Assembly: GCA_021735685.1 (NCBI GenBank)
Contig: JAIPGN010000004.1
Location: forward strand, 959 to 64,958
DNA from: Patescibacteria group bacterium
GTDB taxonomy: Bacteria > Patescibacteriota > Patescibacteriia > UBA2591 > UBA6264
Reading direction: 5' to 3'
Length of the DNA stretch: 64,000 bases
Shown: piece after piece, positions 1 through 8,399 of the stretch
Position numbering within the stretch: the stretch's first letter is position 1
Layout: each line of letters begins with the position of its first letter
Made by a program: the position numbers and the translations under genes
Notes under the pieces: model-generated
What the model saw: only the letters and a program-made list of their open reading frames with translations
The model's database searches: none
What the model was told of the DNA's origin: nothing

Positions 1-2
1 AA

Positions 3-1079
3 ATTAACTTAAGCGAAGGACAAGTTTTGGGAACTTTAGAATTTCGCGACGGCTCTTTACTTAAAACTCCTAATCAAGAAGCTGTTTATTTGATTGAGGG
101 TGGAATGAAACATGTTTTCCCACACGTTGCTGTTTATTATTCTTGGGATTATCCGCAAGATTTTTCTACAGTAATGATAGTTTCTCCAGATGTTTTAGAT
201 CGCATTCCGGAAGGGGAGCCAATCCGTTTTAGGGACGGTTCTTTGTTTAGGGGGACAGAGCAAGGCATTTGGGCTAAAGACAAAACAACTGTTTTTTACG
301 TGGAGTGTGGAATGATTCGTCCCATTATTAAAGAAAGCGCTTATCAAAGATTTTTTAGTGATCCTAATTGGAATTTAGTGGTTTGGGTTCCAGATGATCT
401 TCTGGATAAATTTACTTATCCTTTAGGAGATATGATTTATGACGAGGAAGCTTATTTGGGAGGCTGTCGCCATACTTTTGCTGATGGCACTTTAATTAAA
501 AGTAAAGATTCTCAGGTCTACGAAATTGTTGATGGTCAAAGATATCACATTAAAGATTTAGATGAATTAAAACAAAATTATGCTGGTCAAGAGATTAAAA
601 GAGTTAGCGAGGCAGTGGTCAATCATTACCCTCTTTTGTCTAGTAGCCAACTAGCAGCACGAGAAGGGAATAGAGGAATGGTTTTAGGAAGCAAAGATTA
701 TCGAGACGGAGCCTTGATTAAAGGCGATGCTCAACCTACAATTTACATGATGGAAGGGGGAGAAAAACACGCCTTTCTTCACCAAACAGTCTATGAGGCC
801 AGAAATTTTCCGCAAGACTTTAATTCGGTCTTAACTCTTCCTCAAACTGAGGTTGATGATATCCCTGAAGGCTGGGCCGTGAATTTTCAAGAAGGAACTC
901 TTTTAAGGGAAGACCAAGGAGGAACCATTTTTAAGGTAGAGGGCGGGCTTTTGCGTCCTTTTCATTCAGCAGCGGTTTATCAGAGAATCAATAATGACCC
1001 TAATTGGGAATTAGTTAAACAAGTTCCAAATGGTTTATTGGATCAATTTCATTATTCTTTAGGGCCTGTTATTTATTAA
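3..1079 (+). CDS. 5'-truncated surface protein made of ~5 copies of a CPR-type repeat (xDG[S/T/A]L[I/L]K...VYxIxxGxKxxF)
   Basis: Frame is open to the window edge (INLSEGQVLGTLEFRDG, paralleling internal GMVLGSKDYRDG). Repeats begin FRDGSLLK, FRDGSLFR, FADGTLIK, YRDGALIK, FQEGTLLR. Confidence 0.8.
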   Translation: MNLSEGQVLGTLEFRDGSLLKTPNQEAVYLIEGGMKHVFPHVAVYYSWDYPQDFSTVMIVSPDVLDRIPEGEPIRFRDGSLFRGTEQGIWAKDKTTVFYVECGMIRPIIKESAYQRFFSDPNWNLVVWVPDDLLDKFTYPLGDMIYDEEAYLGGCRHTFADGTLIKSKDSQVYEIVDGQRYHIKDLDELKQNYAGQEIKRVSEAVVNHYPLLSSSQLAAREGNRGMVLGSKDYRDGALIKGDAQPTIYMMEGGEKHAFLHQTVYEARNFPQDFNSVLTLPQTEVDDIPEGWAVNFQEGTLLREDQGGTIFKVEGGLLRPFHSAAVYQRINNDPNWELVKQVPNGLLDQFHYSLGPVIY

Positions 1080-1136
1080 TTAATTTCTCTTTAATTTAAT
1101 TATATTTAATTAATAAATTATAATTAAATAATTATT

Positions 1137-1325
1137 ATGAAATTTTTTAGAACTTGGTCTTTTCGTTGGTGGGAGGTTGGTTTAATGAAATTATGTCTTA
1201 TTTCTTTAGGCATAATTTTGGGAGTATGTTGTCGCGATTATTTGATTAACCTCTTAGGCCTTTGGTGGTTTCTTTTTGCTGTCACTACTGTCTATTTTTT
1301 AATTAAGTGGATCAAGGAAAATTAG
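1137..1325 (+). CDS. Small 2-TM membrane protein
   Basis: 62 aa, two hydrophobic stretches, A/T-rich leader before ATG. Confidence 0.7.
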   Translation: MKFFRTWSFRWWEVGLMKLCLISLGIILGVCCRDYLINLLGLWWFLFAVTTVYFLIKWIKEN

Positions 1326-1372
1326 AAAGAAAAGGAGAATATTTTTTGATTAGTCTTTATAGCTGAGAAAAG

Positions 1373-1540
1373 ATGAAGTTTTTAAAATTCAATCATTTGA
1401 TTGCCTTGGTTGGGATAGGCGGATATTTTGTTTTATTGTTTTTTCCTGAGCCTCAAACTAACTTTTTGGCATATTTGGCTACAGTTTTATTTTTTTTAGC
1501 TTTAATTATTTTTATAATAAAATTGAAAAATAAAAAATAA
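1373..1540 (+). CDS. Small 2-TM membrane protein missed by the ORF track (55 aa, MKFLKFNHLIALVGIGGYFVLLFFPEPQTNFLAYLATVLFFLALIIFIIKLKNKK)
   Basis: Hand-translated. Its stop overlaps the next ATG (TAATG at 1538-1542). Two TM segments and a basic tail. Confidence 0.65.
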   Translation: MKFLKFNHLIALVGIGGYFVLLFFPEPQTNFLAYLATVLFFLALIIFIIKLKNKK

Positions 1541-1896
1541 TGGAATTATTTGTTAGAAATGAGACTTTTTTGGATATAATGAGCTTATTGCACGTTGCTT
1601 CAGGCTTAGGCTTTGGTTTAATTTTGGTTTGTGTTCTTAAGAAGATGAGTTGGCAAAGGTATTTTTTAATCATGTTTGCTTTTTTGTTAATTTGGGAATT
1701 TTTTGAGGCTTTTCTGAGGTCAGTAGAAGAATATTATTATTATCTCAGAAATTTTTTGGATTTTTTGCCAGATGGCTGGTTTTCTTCAGAGACTTTAATT
1801 AATATTTTAGGCGATATGTTAACTGGATTACTGGGAGCCCTTTTGATTTATTTAATTTTTAGAAAATATTATTTTGTTTCTAAGAAGATAAAATAA
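1540..1896 (+). CDS. Membrane protein (H...WE..E...N...D motif)
   Basis: 118 aa, three hydrophobic segments; LHVASG, WEFFE, NILGDM. Confidence 0.7.
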   Translation: MELFVRNETFLDIMSLLHVASGLGFGLILVCVLKKMSWQRYFLIMFAFLLIWEFFEAFLRSVEEYYYYLRNFLDFLPDGWFSSETLINILGDMLTGLLGALLIYLIFRKYYFVSKKIK

Positions 1897-1913
1897 CTAA
1901 AATATTTTAAGTT

Positions 1914-2438
1914 ATGACCAGATTAATTAAATGGTTTTTTAGAGTTTTAGTTTTAGTCATCTTTGTATGTTTTTTTTATAATCAATTTTTAGCCCCTCAA
2001 AGAGAAAATTTTTTTCAAGAGACAGTTTGTCCTTGGGGCATTAAATTATGCTTAGACGGGTCTTTTGTTTCTAGGGTTCCGCCAGAGTGTAACTTTGCTT
2101 CTTGTCCTCAGGAGAATTTAGTTAAAATTAAAGGCCTAAAGGCTTATGATTTGATCACTAGCCCCTTGGTGATTAAAGGCGAAGCACGTGGTTATTGGTT
2201 TTTTGAAGCTGATTTCCCTGTAAAACTATTAGACCAAGGGGGGAAGGTAATGGCAGAGACCATTGCTCAAGCTCAAGGAAGTTGGATGACTGAAGGTTTT
2301 GTTCCTTTTGAGGCCAGATTAGAATTTGAAGTTCAAGAGGAAGAAGAAGGAGAGATAGTTTTTGAAAAAGATAATCCCTCTGGTTTACCTGAGCAGGAAA
2401 AGGAATTAAGAGTGCCAATTCGGTTTAAATTAAAATGA
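1914..2438 (+). CDS. Membrane-anchored protein with Cys motif and Gmad2-like immunoglobulin domain
   Basis: N-terminal TM; CPWGIKLCLDGSFVSR; ITSPLVIKGEARGYWFFEADFPV...KDNPSG. Confidence 0.7.
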   Translation: MTRLIKWFFRVLVLVIFVCFFYNQFLAPQRENFFQETVCPWGIKLCLDGSFVSRVPPECNFASCPQENLVKIKGLKAYDLITSPLVIKGEARGYWFFEADFPVKLLDQGGKVMAETIAQAQGSWMTEGFVPFEARLEFEVQEEEEGEIVFEKDNPSGLPEQEKELRVPIRFKLK

Positions 2439-2515
2439 AATTGAAAAAATTTGCCTTTTGTTTTCTTTTTTGTTAACTTGTATTTAGATTTAATAAAATA
2501 AATTTTTTTATTTTT

Positions 2516-3280
2516 ATGAAAAAGATTGGTTTCATTATTATTTTAATAGCTATTATTATTGTTGGTTTTTTAATCTGGCGAACAGAAACTCAGAATGGCT
2601 CAGAAACAGAGTTAGGTCTTACTTTGGAAGAAAAACAAGAATTGGTAAAAACACATATTCAAGAGAATATTTCTAACCTTTCCCCGGAAAAAGAAGTTTT
2701 GGGCGGAACATTTTATATTACAGAATTTGAATTTATGGACTCGGAAACTTGTTTAATTAATTATGAGGATGGGCACATTGCTTTACAGGCAAAGGTAAAT
2801 TTTAATGTTTCTGCTCAAGGAGATGTTGAAATTGTTTCTTTTGATTTGGTTCCTTTAGAAGAAGAAACGAGGGTGAATTTTTCAAAAGAGGGGAACATTT
2901 TGGAAGTTGATCAAGGATGGGAATTAATTTATGAAGAGCCTGGAGCTCCAGCTTTGCGAGCGCTTTTAGTGTTTGATGATAACTCGATTTGCACTAAAGA
3001 AGGAGAGGAAGATCAAGCTTGTTTTCCAGTTTATTGGCAGAATGGTGATCGAGTCATGGTTGAAGGGGCCAAGACAGGGGAAAGAGTTCGAGTGGTTGAT
3101 TTTAGGCTCATTGATCCCTCTGCAGAGATTGATTTAGGGTCAGATTTGGATTTGAAAAATTCAGAAACAGAAATTTGTGTAGATGTGTGTGGTGATGGAG
3201 TTTGTCAAGAAATGGTTTGCTTGGGTTCAGGTTGTCCCTGCGCTGAAACAGTAGCTACTTGTCCGCAGGATTGTTCTTAA
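2516..3280 (+). CDS. Membrane-anchored exported protein with C-terminal Cys-rich motif
   Basis: N-terminal TM; C-terminus CVDVCGDGVCQEMVCLGSGCPCAETVATCPQDC. Confidence 0.75.
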   Translation: MKKIGFIIILIAIIIVGFLIWRTETQNGSETELGLTLEEKQELVKTHIQENISNLSPEKEVLGGTFYITEFEFMDSETCLINYEDGHIALQAKVNFNVSAQGDVEIVSFDLVPLEEETRVNFSKEGNILEVDQGWELIYEEPGAPALRALLVFDDNSICTKEGEEDQACFPVYWQNGDRVMVEGAKTGERVRVVDFRLIDPSAEIDLGSDLDLKNSETEICVDVCGDGVCQEMVCLGSGCPCAETVATCPQDCS

Positions 3281-3310
3281 AGATTAAAGAAAAATTATTT
3301 ATGATAAAAG

Positions 3311-3340
3311 AAGAGGAGCGATTGGATCGCTCCTCTTTTA
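3311..3340 (+). terminator. Intrinsic terminator
   Basis: AAGAGGAGCGAT-TGG-ATCGCTCCTCTT running into a short T tract. Confidence 0.75.
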
Positions 3341-3350
3341 ATTTAATGAT

Positions 3351-3380
3351 TTGCCAAGGGGGTGATAATTTTGTTATAAT
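3351..3380 (+). promoter_or_regulatory. sigma70-type promoter of the trxA operon
   Basis: TTGCCA-18-TATAAT with extended -10 TG. Confidence 0.6.
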
Positions 3381-3411
3381 AAGATTCTAATAAAAATATT
3401 TAATTTTTTTT

Positions 3412-3741
3412 ATGTCTCAAATAATTGAAGTTACAAAAAATAATTTTAAGGAAGAGGTTTTGGAATCGGATTTGCCGGTTTTAGTTGATTTTTGGGCTCC
3501 TTGGTGTGGCCCTTGTCAAATGTTGGCACCGATTTTGGAAGAAGTATCTCAAGAATTATCAGGTCAAATAAAAATATGCAAGGTTAATATTGAAGAAGAG
3601 CAAAATCAAGAATTGGCTGCCAGTTATCATATTCAAAGCATTCCCAACATGAAACTTTTTAAAAAGGAAGAAGTGGTTAAAGATTTTGTTGGCTTGCGTT
3701 CTCAGGATGCGTTGTTAGATGAATTAAAAAATGAGATTTAA
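3412..3741 (+). CDS. trxA: Thioredoxin
   Basis: VLVDFWAPWCGPC; SIP cis-Pro motif. Confidence 0.95.
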   Translation: MSQIIEVTKNNFKEEVLESDLPVLVDFWAPWCGPCQMLAPILEEVSQELSGQIKICKVNIEEEQNQELAASYHIQSIPNMKLFKKEEVVKDFVGLRSQDALLDELKNEI

Positions 3742-3755
3742 TTCTTAGTTTTAAG

Positions 3756-4691
3756 ATGACAGAATTAAGGAAAAAATATCCTCTGATTATTGTAGGAGCT
3801 GGGCCAGCTGGCTTAACTTCTTCTATTTATGCTTCTCGTTTTCGAGTGAATAATTTAGTTATTGGTCAACTTTGGGGGGGATTAGTCTCTGAATCTCATC
3901 AGGTTTGTAATTTCCCTACTGAAAAGAAAATTAAGGGTTTGGAGTTAGCTCAGAAAATTAAAGATCACGCTCAAAGCCTTGACGCCTCTTTTTTAAGTGA
4001 TGAGGTAATAGCTATAGAGAAAAATTCTCTTCAGGGTTTTAGAATAACCACTAAGTCTAAAAAAGTTTTCCAAGCAGAAACTGTTTTATTAGCCCAAGGC
4101 ACCAAGCGTCGTAAACTTAACGTTCGGGATGAAGATAAATTTTTAGGGAAAGGAGTGTCTTATTGCGCTACTTGTGATGCCATGTTTTACCAGGATAGAA
4201 TTGTAGCTGTGGTGGGAGGGAGTGACAGTGCTCAAACCTCCTCTCTTTATTTGGCTCAAGTAGCAAAAAAGGTCTATCAGATTTATCGAAGAGATAAATT
4301 AAGGGGAGAGGCTATTTGGATAGAACAGGTAGAAAAAAATTCTAAAATTGAAATTATTTTTAATAGTCAAATTAAAGAATTAAAAGGTAAGGGAAATTTA
4401 GAAGCAGTAGTTATAGAAAATAACCAGCAGGAAGAAAGGCGGTTAGCGGTTGACGGTTTATTTATTGAAATTGGAACAATTCCTCATCAGCATTTAACTA
4501 AATGTTTAGGCTTAGCTGTTAATTCAGAAGGGTATATTAAGGTGAGTGCTGATCAAAAAACAAGCCAAGAAGGGATTTGGGCGGCTGGAGATATTACAGA
4601 TGGCTCTAATAATTTTCGTCAAATTATTACAGCTTGTGCAGAAGGAGCTATTGCTGCTGAAAATATTTTTAAATTTTTGCAAAAAAAATAG
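3756..4691 (+). CDS. trxB: Thioredoxin reductase
   Basis: GAGPAG FAD motif, GVSYCATCD, VVGGSDSA, WAAGD. Confidence 0.92.
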   Translation: MTELRKKYPLIIVGAGPAGLTSSIYASRFRVNNLVIGQLWGGLVSESHQVCNFPTEKKIKGLELAQKIKDHAQSLDASFLSDEVIAIEKNSLQGFRITTKSKKVFQAETVLLAQGTKRRKLNVRDEDKFLGKGVSYCATCDAMFYQDRIVAVVGGSDSAQTSSLYLAQVAKKVYQIYRRDKLRGEAIWIEQVEKNSKIEIIFNSQIKELKGKGNLEAVVIENNQQEERRLAVDGLFIEIGTIPHQHLTKCLGLAVNSEGYIKVSADQKTSQEGIWAAGDITDGSNNFRQIITACAEGAIAAENIFKFLQKK

Positions 4692-4736
4692 TTAGAAAAG
4701 GTCGTTTCTAATTAAATTCTTAGATTATTATTTTAT

Positions 4737-5315
4737 ATGAAAAAAACAATCAAAAATTTAGCTTTTGCTTTTATTGGCGAAAGTCAAGCTCGTAATCGTT
4801 ATACTCGTTATGCTAAAGTTGCCAAAAAGGAAGGTTATGAAGCCATAGCTGCTAATTTTGATTTGACCGCAAATCAAGAAGCAGAACATGCTAAATGGTT
4901 AATGCGAATGATTAATCAATTAAAGGGCGAAGAAAATGCTGAAAATGACGAAATTATTGTTGAATCAGCAAGGGTGCCAACTGTATTGGGCAATACTAAA
5001 GAAAATTTACAATCAGCCATTGAGGGCGAGAATCATGAACACAGTGAGATGTATCCAGATTTTGCCAAGGTGGCCGAAGAAGAGGGTTATCGGGAAATAG
5101 CCCAAAGATTAAGGTCTATTGCTCGGGCTGAAAAAAATCACGAAGATCGGTATCAACAATTTTTGAAAGATTTAAAGGAAGAAAAAGTTTTTGCTCAAGA
5201 AGAGGAAGTAGTTTGGCAGTGTCGTAAATGTGGTTATATACATAAGGGGAAGATGGCAATCAAGGAATGCCCTTCTTGTGGGCACCCTCAAGCTTATTTT
5301 GAGGTTAAGAAATAA
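4737..5315 (+). CDS. rbr: Rubrerythrin
   Basis: GESQARNRY, EAEH, EKNH diiron ligands; C-terminal CRKCG...CPSCGHP rubredoxin domain. Confidence 0.92.
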   Translation: MKKTIKNLAFAFIGESQARNRYTRYAKVAKKEGYEAIAANFDLTANQEAEHAKWLMRMINQLKGEENAENDEIIVESARVPTVLGNTKENLQSAIEGENHEHSEMYPDFAKVAEEEGYREIAQRLRSIARAEKNHEDRYQQFLKDLKEEKVFAQEEEVVWQCRKCGYIHKGKMAIKECPSCGHPQAYFEVKK

Positions 5316-5327
5316 TTTATTTTTTAT

Positions 5328-5741
5328 ATGTCATCAGATTGTATTTTCTGTCAAATTATTCGAAAAAAGATAAATTCTTGGACAATTTATGAGGACGAGA
5401 AAACACAGGCCTTTTTTGATGTTAATCCAGCTAGCCAAGGTCACGTTTTAGTGATTCCCAAGAAACACTTTAAGAATATTTATGATATCCCCCAAGACGA
5501 ATTAGCTCATTTGATAAAAGTTGTTCAAAAGATTGCTTTGAGCTATCGCCAATCTTTGGGAGTGAATAATGTTCAGATTTTACATTCGGCCGGTAAGTAT
5601 GCTCAGCAAGAGGTTCCTCATTTTCATTTTCATTTAATTCCGCGAAAGGAAAAAGATGGCTTGAATTTATCGTATCCGGCTCATTCTGAATTACAAGAAA
5701 AATTTGATCAACTTCTAGAAAAGGTAAAACAAGAATTGTAG
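5328..5741 (+). CDS. HIT family nucleotide hydrolase
   Basis: DCIFCQI, GHVLVIPKKH, QEVPHFHFHLIPR. Confidence 0.92.
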   Translation: MSSDCIFCQIIRKKINSWTIYEDEKTQAFFDVNPASQGHVLVIPKKHFKNIYDIPQDELAHLIKVVQKIALSYRQSLGVNNVQILHSAGKYAQQEVPHFHFHLIPRKEKDGLNLSYPAHSELQEKFDQLLEKVKQEL

Positions 5742-5750
5742 ATAAAGAAA

Positions 5751-6383
5751 ATGTCAAAAGCGAGTCAAAAAATAACAAAAATAATCGAAAATATTTTAAG
5801 AGTTAGTTTGGTTTTTGCGATTATTTTAGCTATTTTAGAAGGGAGTTGGGAAATTGTTTTCATCTCTCTTTTAACTTTTGTTTTATCTTATTTTCCTTTT
5901 TGGCTTAAGAATAAATATCAGTTAGAGATTCCTTTAGATTTTGAATTATTAATTGTCTTATTTGTCTACGCCAGTTTATTTTTGGGAGAGATTAAACAAT
6001 TTTATGATTTGTTTTGGTGGTGGGACATTATGCTTCATACTGTTTCTGGCTTTGCTTTTGGTTGTTTGGGCTTTATTGTTTTATTTTTTCTTAATAAAAC
6101 TAATAAAATTAAAGCCAATCCTTTTTGGATTTGTCTTTTTGCTTTATCTTTTGCTTCCTTAATTGCCGTAACTTGGGAAATATTTGAATTTTTTATGGAT
6201 CAAGTTTTGGCTACTAATATGCAAAAAAGTTTATTTAATACTATGGTTGATTTAATGGTTGGTGTTGTGGGAGCAACAGTTGCAGTTTGGTCCGGGTTTA
6301 ATTTTATACAGGGCAAACAAAAATCATATTTAAGTAAATTAATTACTTTTTTGGTTGAAAAAAATTCTCACCTTAGTGATTAG
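5751..6383 (+). CDS. Polytopic membrane protein (DUF2238-like)
   Basis: WWWDIMLH, WEIFEF, NTMVDL motifs; multiple TMs. Confidence 0.7.
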   Translation: MSKASQKITKIIENILRVSLVFAIILAILEGSWEIVFISLLTFVLSYFPFWLKNKYQLEIPLDFELLIVLFVYASLFLGEIKQFYDLFWWWDIMLHTVSGFAFGCLGFIVLFFLNKTNKIKANPFWICLFALSFASLIAVTWEIFEFFMDQVLATNMQKSLFNTMVDLMVGVVGATVAVWSGFNFIQGKQKSYLSKLITFLVEKNSHLSD

Positions 6384-6470
6384 ATTAATGTAGATTGATA
6401 ATAAATATTAACAAAAAAGAGTACAATAAATATGGCTAAATCATAGTCAACGCTAAACCCCTTCTCTAAA

Positions 6471-6557
6471 AAATATGTACGAGGTTCGACCTCGTACATT
6501 TACCCCTAAAACATCTTAACCAAGCGATGTACGAGGTTCGACCTCGTACATTAGGGG
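6471..6557. repeat. Doublet of REP-like palindromes ATGTACGAGGT-TCG-ACCTCGTACAT (6475-6499, 6527-6551)
   Basis: Two identical 25-bp hairpins between convergent genes; a third copy lies at 63844. Confidence 0.85.
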
Positions 6558-6562
6558 ATAGA

Positions 6563-6604
6563 TAAAACAAAAAAACCGCCCTAAAGACGGTCTTTTTGTT
6601 TTTA
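6563..6604 (-). terminator. Probable bidirectional terminator after csp
   Basis: AAAACAAAAAAACCG...CGGTCTTTTTGTTTTT imperfect stem with A/T tracts on both sides. Confidence 0.6.
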
Positions 6605-6618
6605 TAGAAAAAGTGTTG

Positions 6619-6816
6619 CTAAGCTTTTTTAACTTGTGTAGCCGCAGGTCCTTTTGGGGTTTCATTAACCTCAAAAGTAACAGCGTCACCTTCTCTTAAG
6701 TCACTGAAATCGCAATCAACCAATTCGCTGGCGTGAAAGAATAAATCTTTCTCGCTACCTTCTTGGGTGATAAAACCGAAGTTTTTATCAGTCAACTTTT
6801 TGACGGTTCCTTCCAT
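6619..6816 (-). CDS. cspA: Cold-shock protein
   Basis: KNFGFI (RNP1), DLFFH (RNP2), KGPAATQV. Confidence 0.92.
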   Translation of the reverse strand: MEGTVKKLTDKNFGFITQEGSEKDLFFHASELVDCDFSDLREGDAVTFEVNETPKGPAATQVKKA

Positions 6817-6925
6817 AGTTTGAAATTATAATAAATTAACTTGTAGTAATAGATAGAAATTCGACTCTATTCCTACACTTACTAGCTAGTATTAGATTTT
6901 AAAAAAAAGATCTAATATGTTTTAT

Positions 6926-6953
6926 ATTATAAACTATTTTTCTTTTTTGTCAA
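6926..6953 (-). promoter_or_regulatory. csp promoter with ~100-nt structured 5'UTR
   Basis: TTGACA-16-TATAAT on the minus strand; hairpin TATTAGAT...ATCTAATA at ~6890-6917 in the leader. Confidence 0.6.
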
Positions 6954-7027
6954 ATTGAAAAGAGTGGACAGAAGTGTATTTTTTTGCTATGCTTGAAAAA
7001 TAATAACTTCTAACGACTTTGGTTTTT

Positions 7028-8386
7028 ATGAAAAGTGAAAAAATTGGTGCCCAAGTTGCCGATATTTTAATACCTCGCTCGGATTTAAATTTTTATAAAT
7101 GGGCGGTAGTGGCCTGTGATCAATATACTTCTCAGCCTGAGTATTGGAAAGAGGTGGATGGTTTAGTAGGAGAGGATTATTCAACCTTGCGCTTGGTTCT
7201 GCCAGAAGTTTATTTACAGGAGAAGAAAGAGAAAAAAGAAAAAAGAATTGAAAGCATTAATCAAGCCATGGAAGCATATTTAAAAAAGGGCGTTCTGGTT
7301 GAAAAAAAGTCAGCCATGATTTATTTGGATCGTCAAACTTCGCAAAATGACTCTCGTCAAGGACTGGTTTTGGCTGTAGATTTGGAAAAATATGATTATA
7401 CTCGCGGTTCTCAAACTTTAATTAGGGCTACAGAGGGAACAATTCTAGATCGCATTCCTCCTCGTTTACAGGTTCGGGAAAAAGCTTCAATTGAATTACC
7501 ACATATTATGTTATTAATTGATGATCCTGAAGAAACGGTGATTGAGTCCTTATCTCAAAAAATCGATGAATTGGAAAAAATATATGACACAGACTTAATG
7601 ATGAAGGGAGGTCATTTAACTGGTTATTTGATTCAAAGAGAGGGGGTTATCGATCAAATTATAAAGGGTTTTGAGAAATTGATTGATCCTGATGTTTTTT
7701 TAAAAAAATATGAGGTTGATCCTCGAAAGTACAAACCTTTGCTTTTTGCTACTGGTGATGGCAATCATTCTTTGGCTACGGCTAAAGCTCATTGGGATAA
7801 TGTTAAGAAAAATCTAAACAAGAAAGAGAAAGAAAGTCACCCAGCTCGTTTAGCTCTAGTGGAAGTTGTCAATGTTCATGATCAAGGATTAGAGTTTGAG
7901 CCCATTCATCGAGTTCTTTTTCATGTTCAGCCCAATGAGATGATTAAAGATATGCAACTTTATTTCACAAAGCAAGGATTAGAAAACAAGATTATACTCA
8001 CTGACTCCTTAGTAGAAACAAAAGAGAGGTTAAGAGAATTAAACCAAGAGAATCGTCATTTGTTGGCTTTTCAATTTCAGGATCAGCATGGAATTCTAGT
8101 AATTAATGAACCTGTCTTTAATTTGTCGGTAGCTACTTTACAAGATTATTTAGATAGATTTTTAAAACAAAATTCAGAAAGCGAAATAGATTATGTTCAT
8201 GGCGAAGAAATTGTCAATAATTTAAGTTCAAAAAAGGGAAATATTGGTTTTTATCTACCAGCTATGGACAAAAATGATTTGTTTAAAACTGTTATTTTAG
8301 ATGGTTCCTTGCCTCGTAAAACTTTTTCTATGGGTGAGGCTGAAGAAAAAAGATTTTATTTTGAGGCTCGTAAAATTATTAAATAA
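7028..8386 (+). CDS. DUF1015 family protein
   Basis: WAVVACDQYTS, IRATEGT..RIPPR, GDGNHSLATAK, LPRKTFSMG. Confidence 0.88.
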   Translation: MKSEKIGAQVADILIPRSDLNFYKWAVVACDQYTSQPEYWKEVDGLVGEDYSTLRLVLPEVYLQEKKEKKEKRIESINQAMEAYLKKGVLVEKKSAMIYLDRQTSQNDSRQGLVLAVDLEKYDYTRGSQTLIRATEGTILDRIPPRLQVREKASIELPHIMLLIDDPEETVIESLSQKIDELEKIYDTDLMMKGGHLTGYLIQREGVIDQIIKGFEKLIDPDVFLKKYEVDPRKYKPLLFATGDGNHSLATAKAHWDNVKKNLNKKEKESHPARLALVEVVNVHDQGLEFEPIHRVLFHVQPNEMIKDMQLYFTKQGLENKIILTDSLVETKERLRELNQENRHLLAFQFQDQHGILVINEPVFNLSVATLQDYLDRFLKQNSESEIDYVHGEEIVNNLSSKKGNIGFYLPAMDKNDLFKTVILDGSLPRKTFSMGEAEEKRFYFEARKIIK

Positions 8387-8399
8387 TCCAAAAAATAAA

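Noticed and set aside
4698-4704. AGGTCG ~30 nt upstream of start codons (also 30667; GAGTCG before csp) as an alternative initiation signal
   Set aside because: Only two or three instances in the window, too few to distinguish from chance; needs a genome-wide count.
6475-6551. CRISPR array
   Set aside because: Only two adjacent fully palindromic copies, a solitary third copy 57 kb away, and no cas genes.
8301-8399. N-terminal extension of the histidine kinase in the ORF track
   Set aside because: It overlaps the conserved C-terminus of DUF1015; ATG 8400 follows that stop with a typical A-rich leader.
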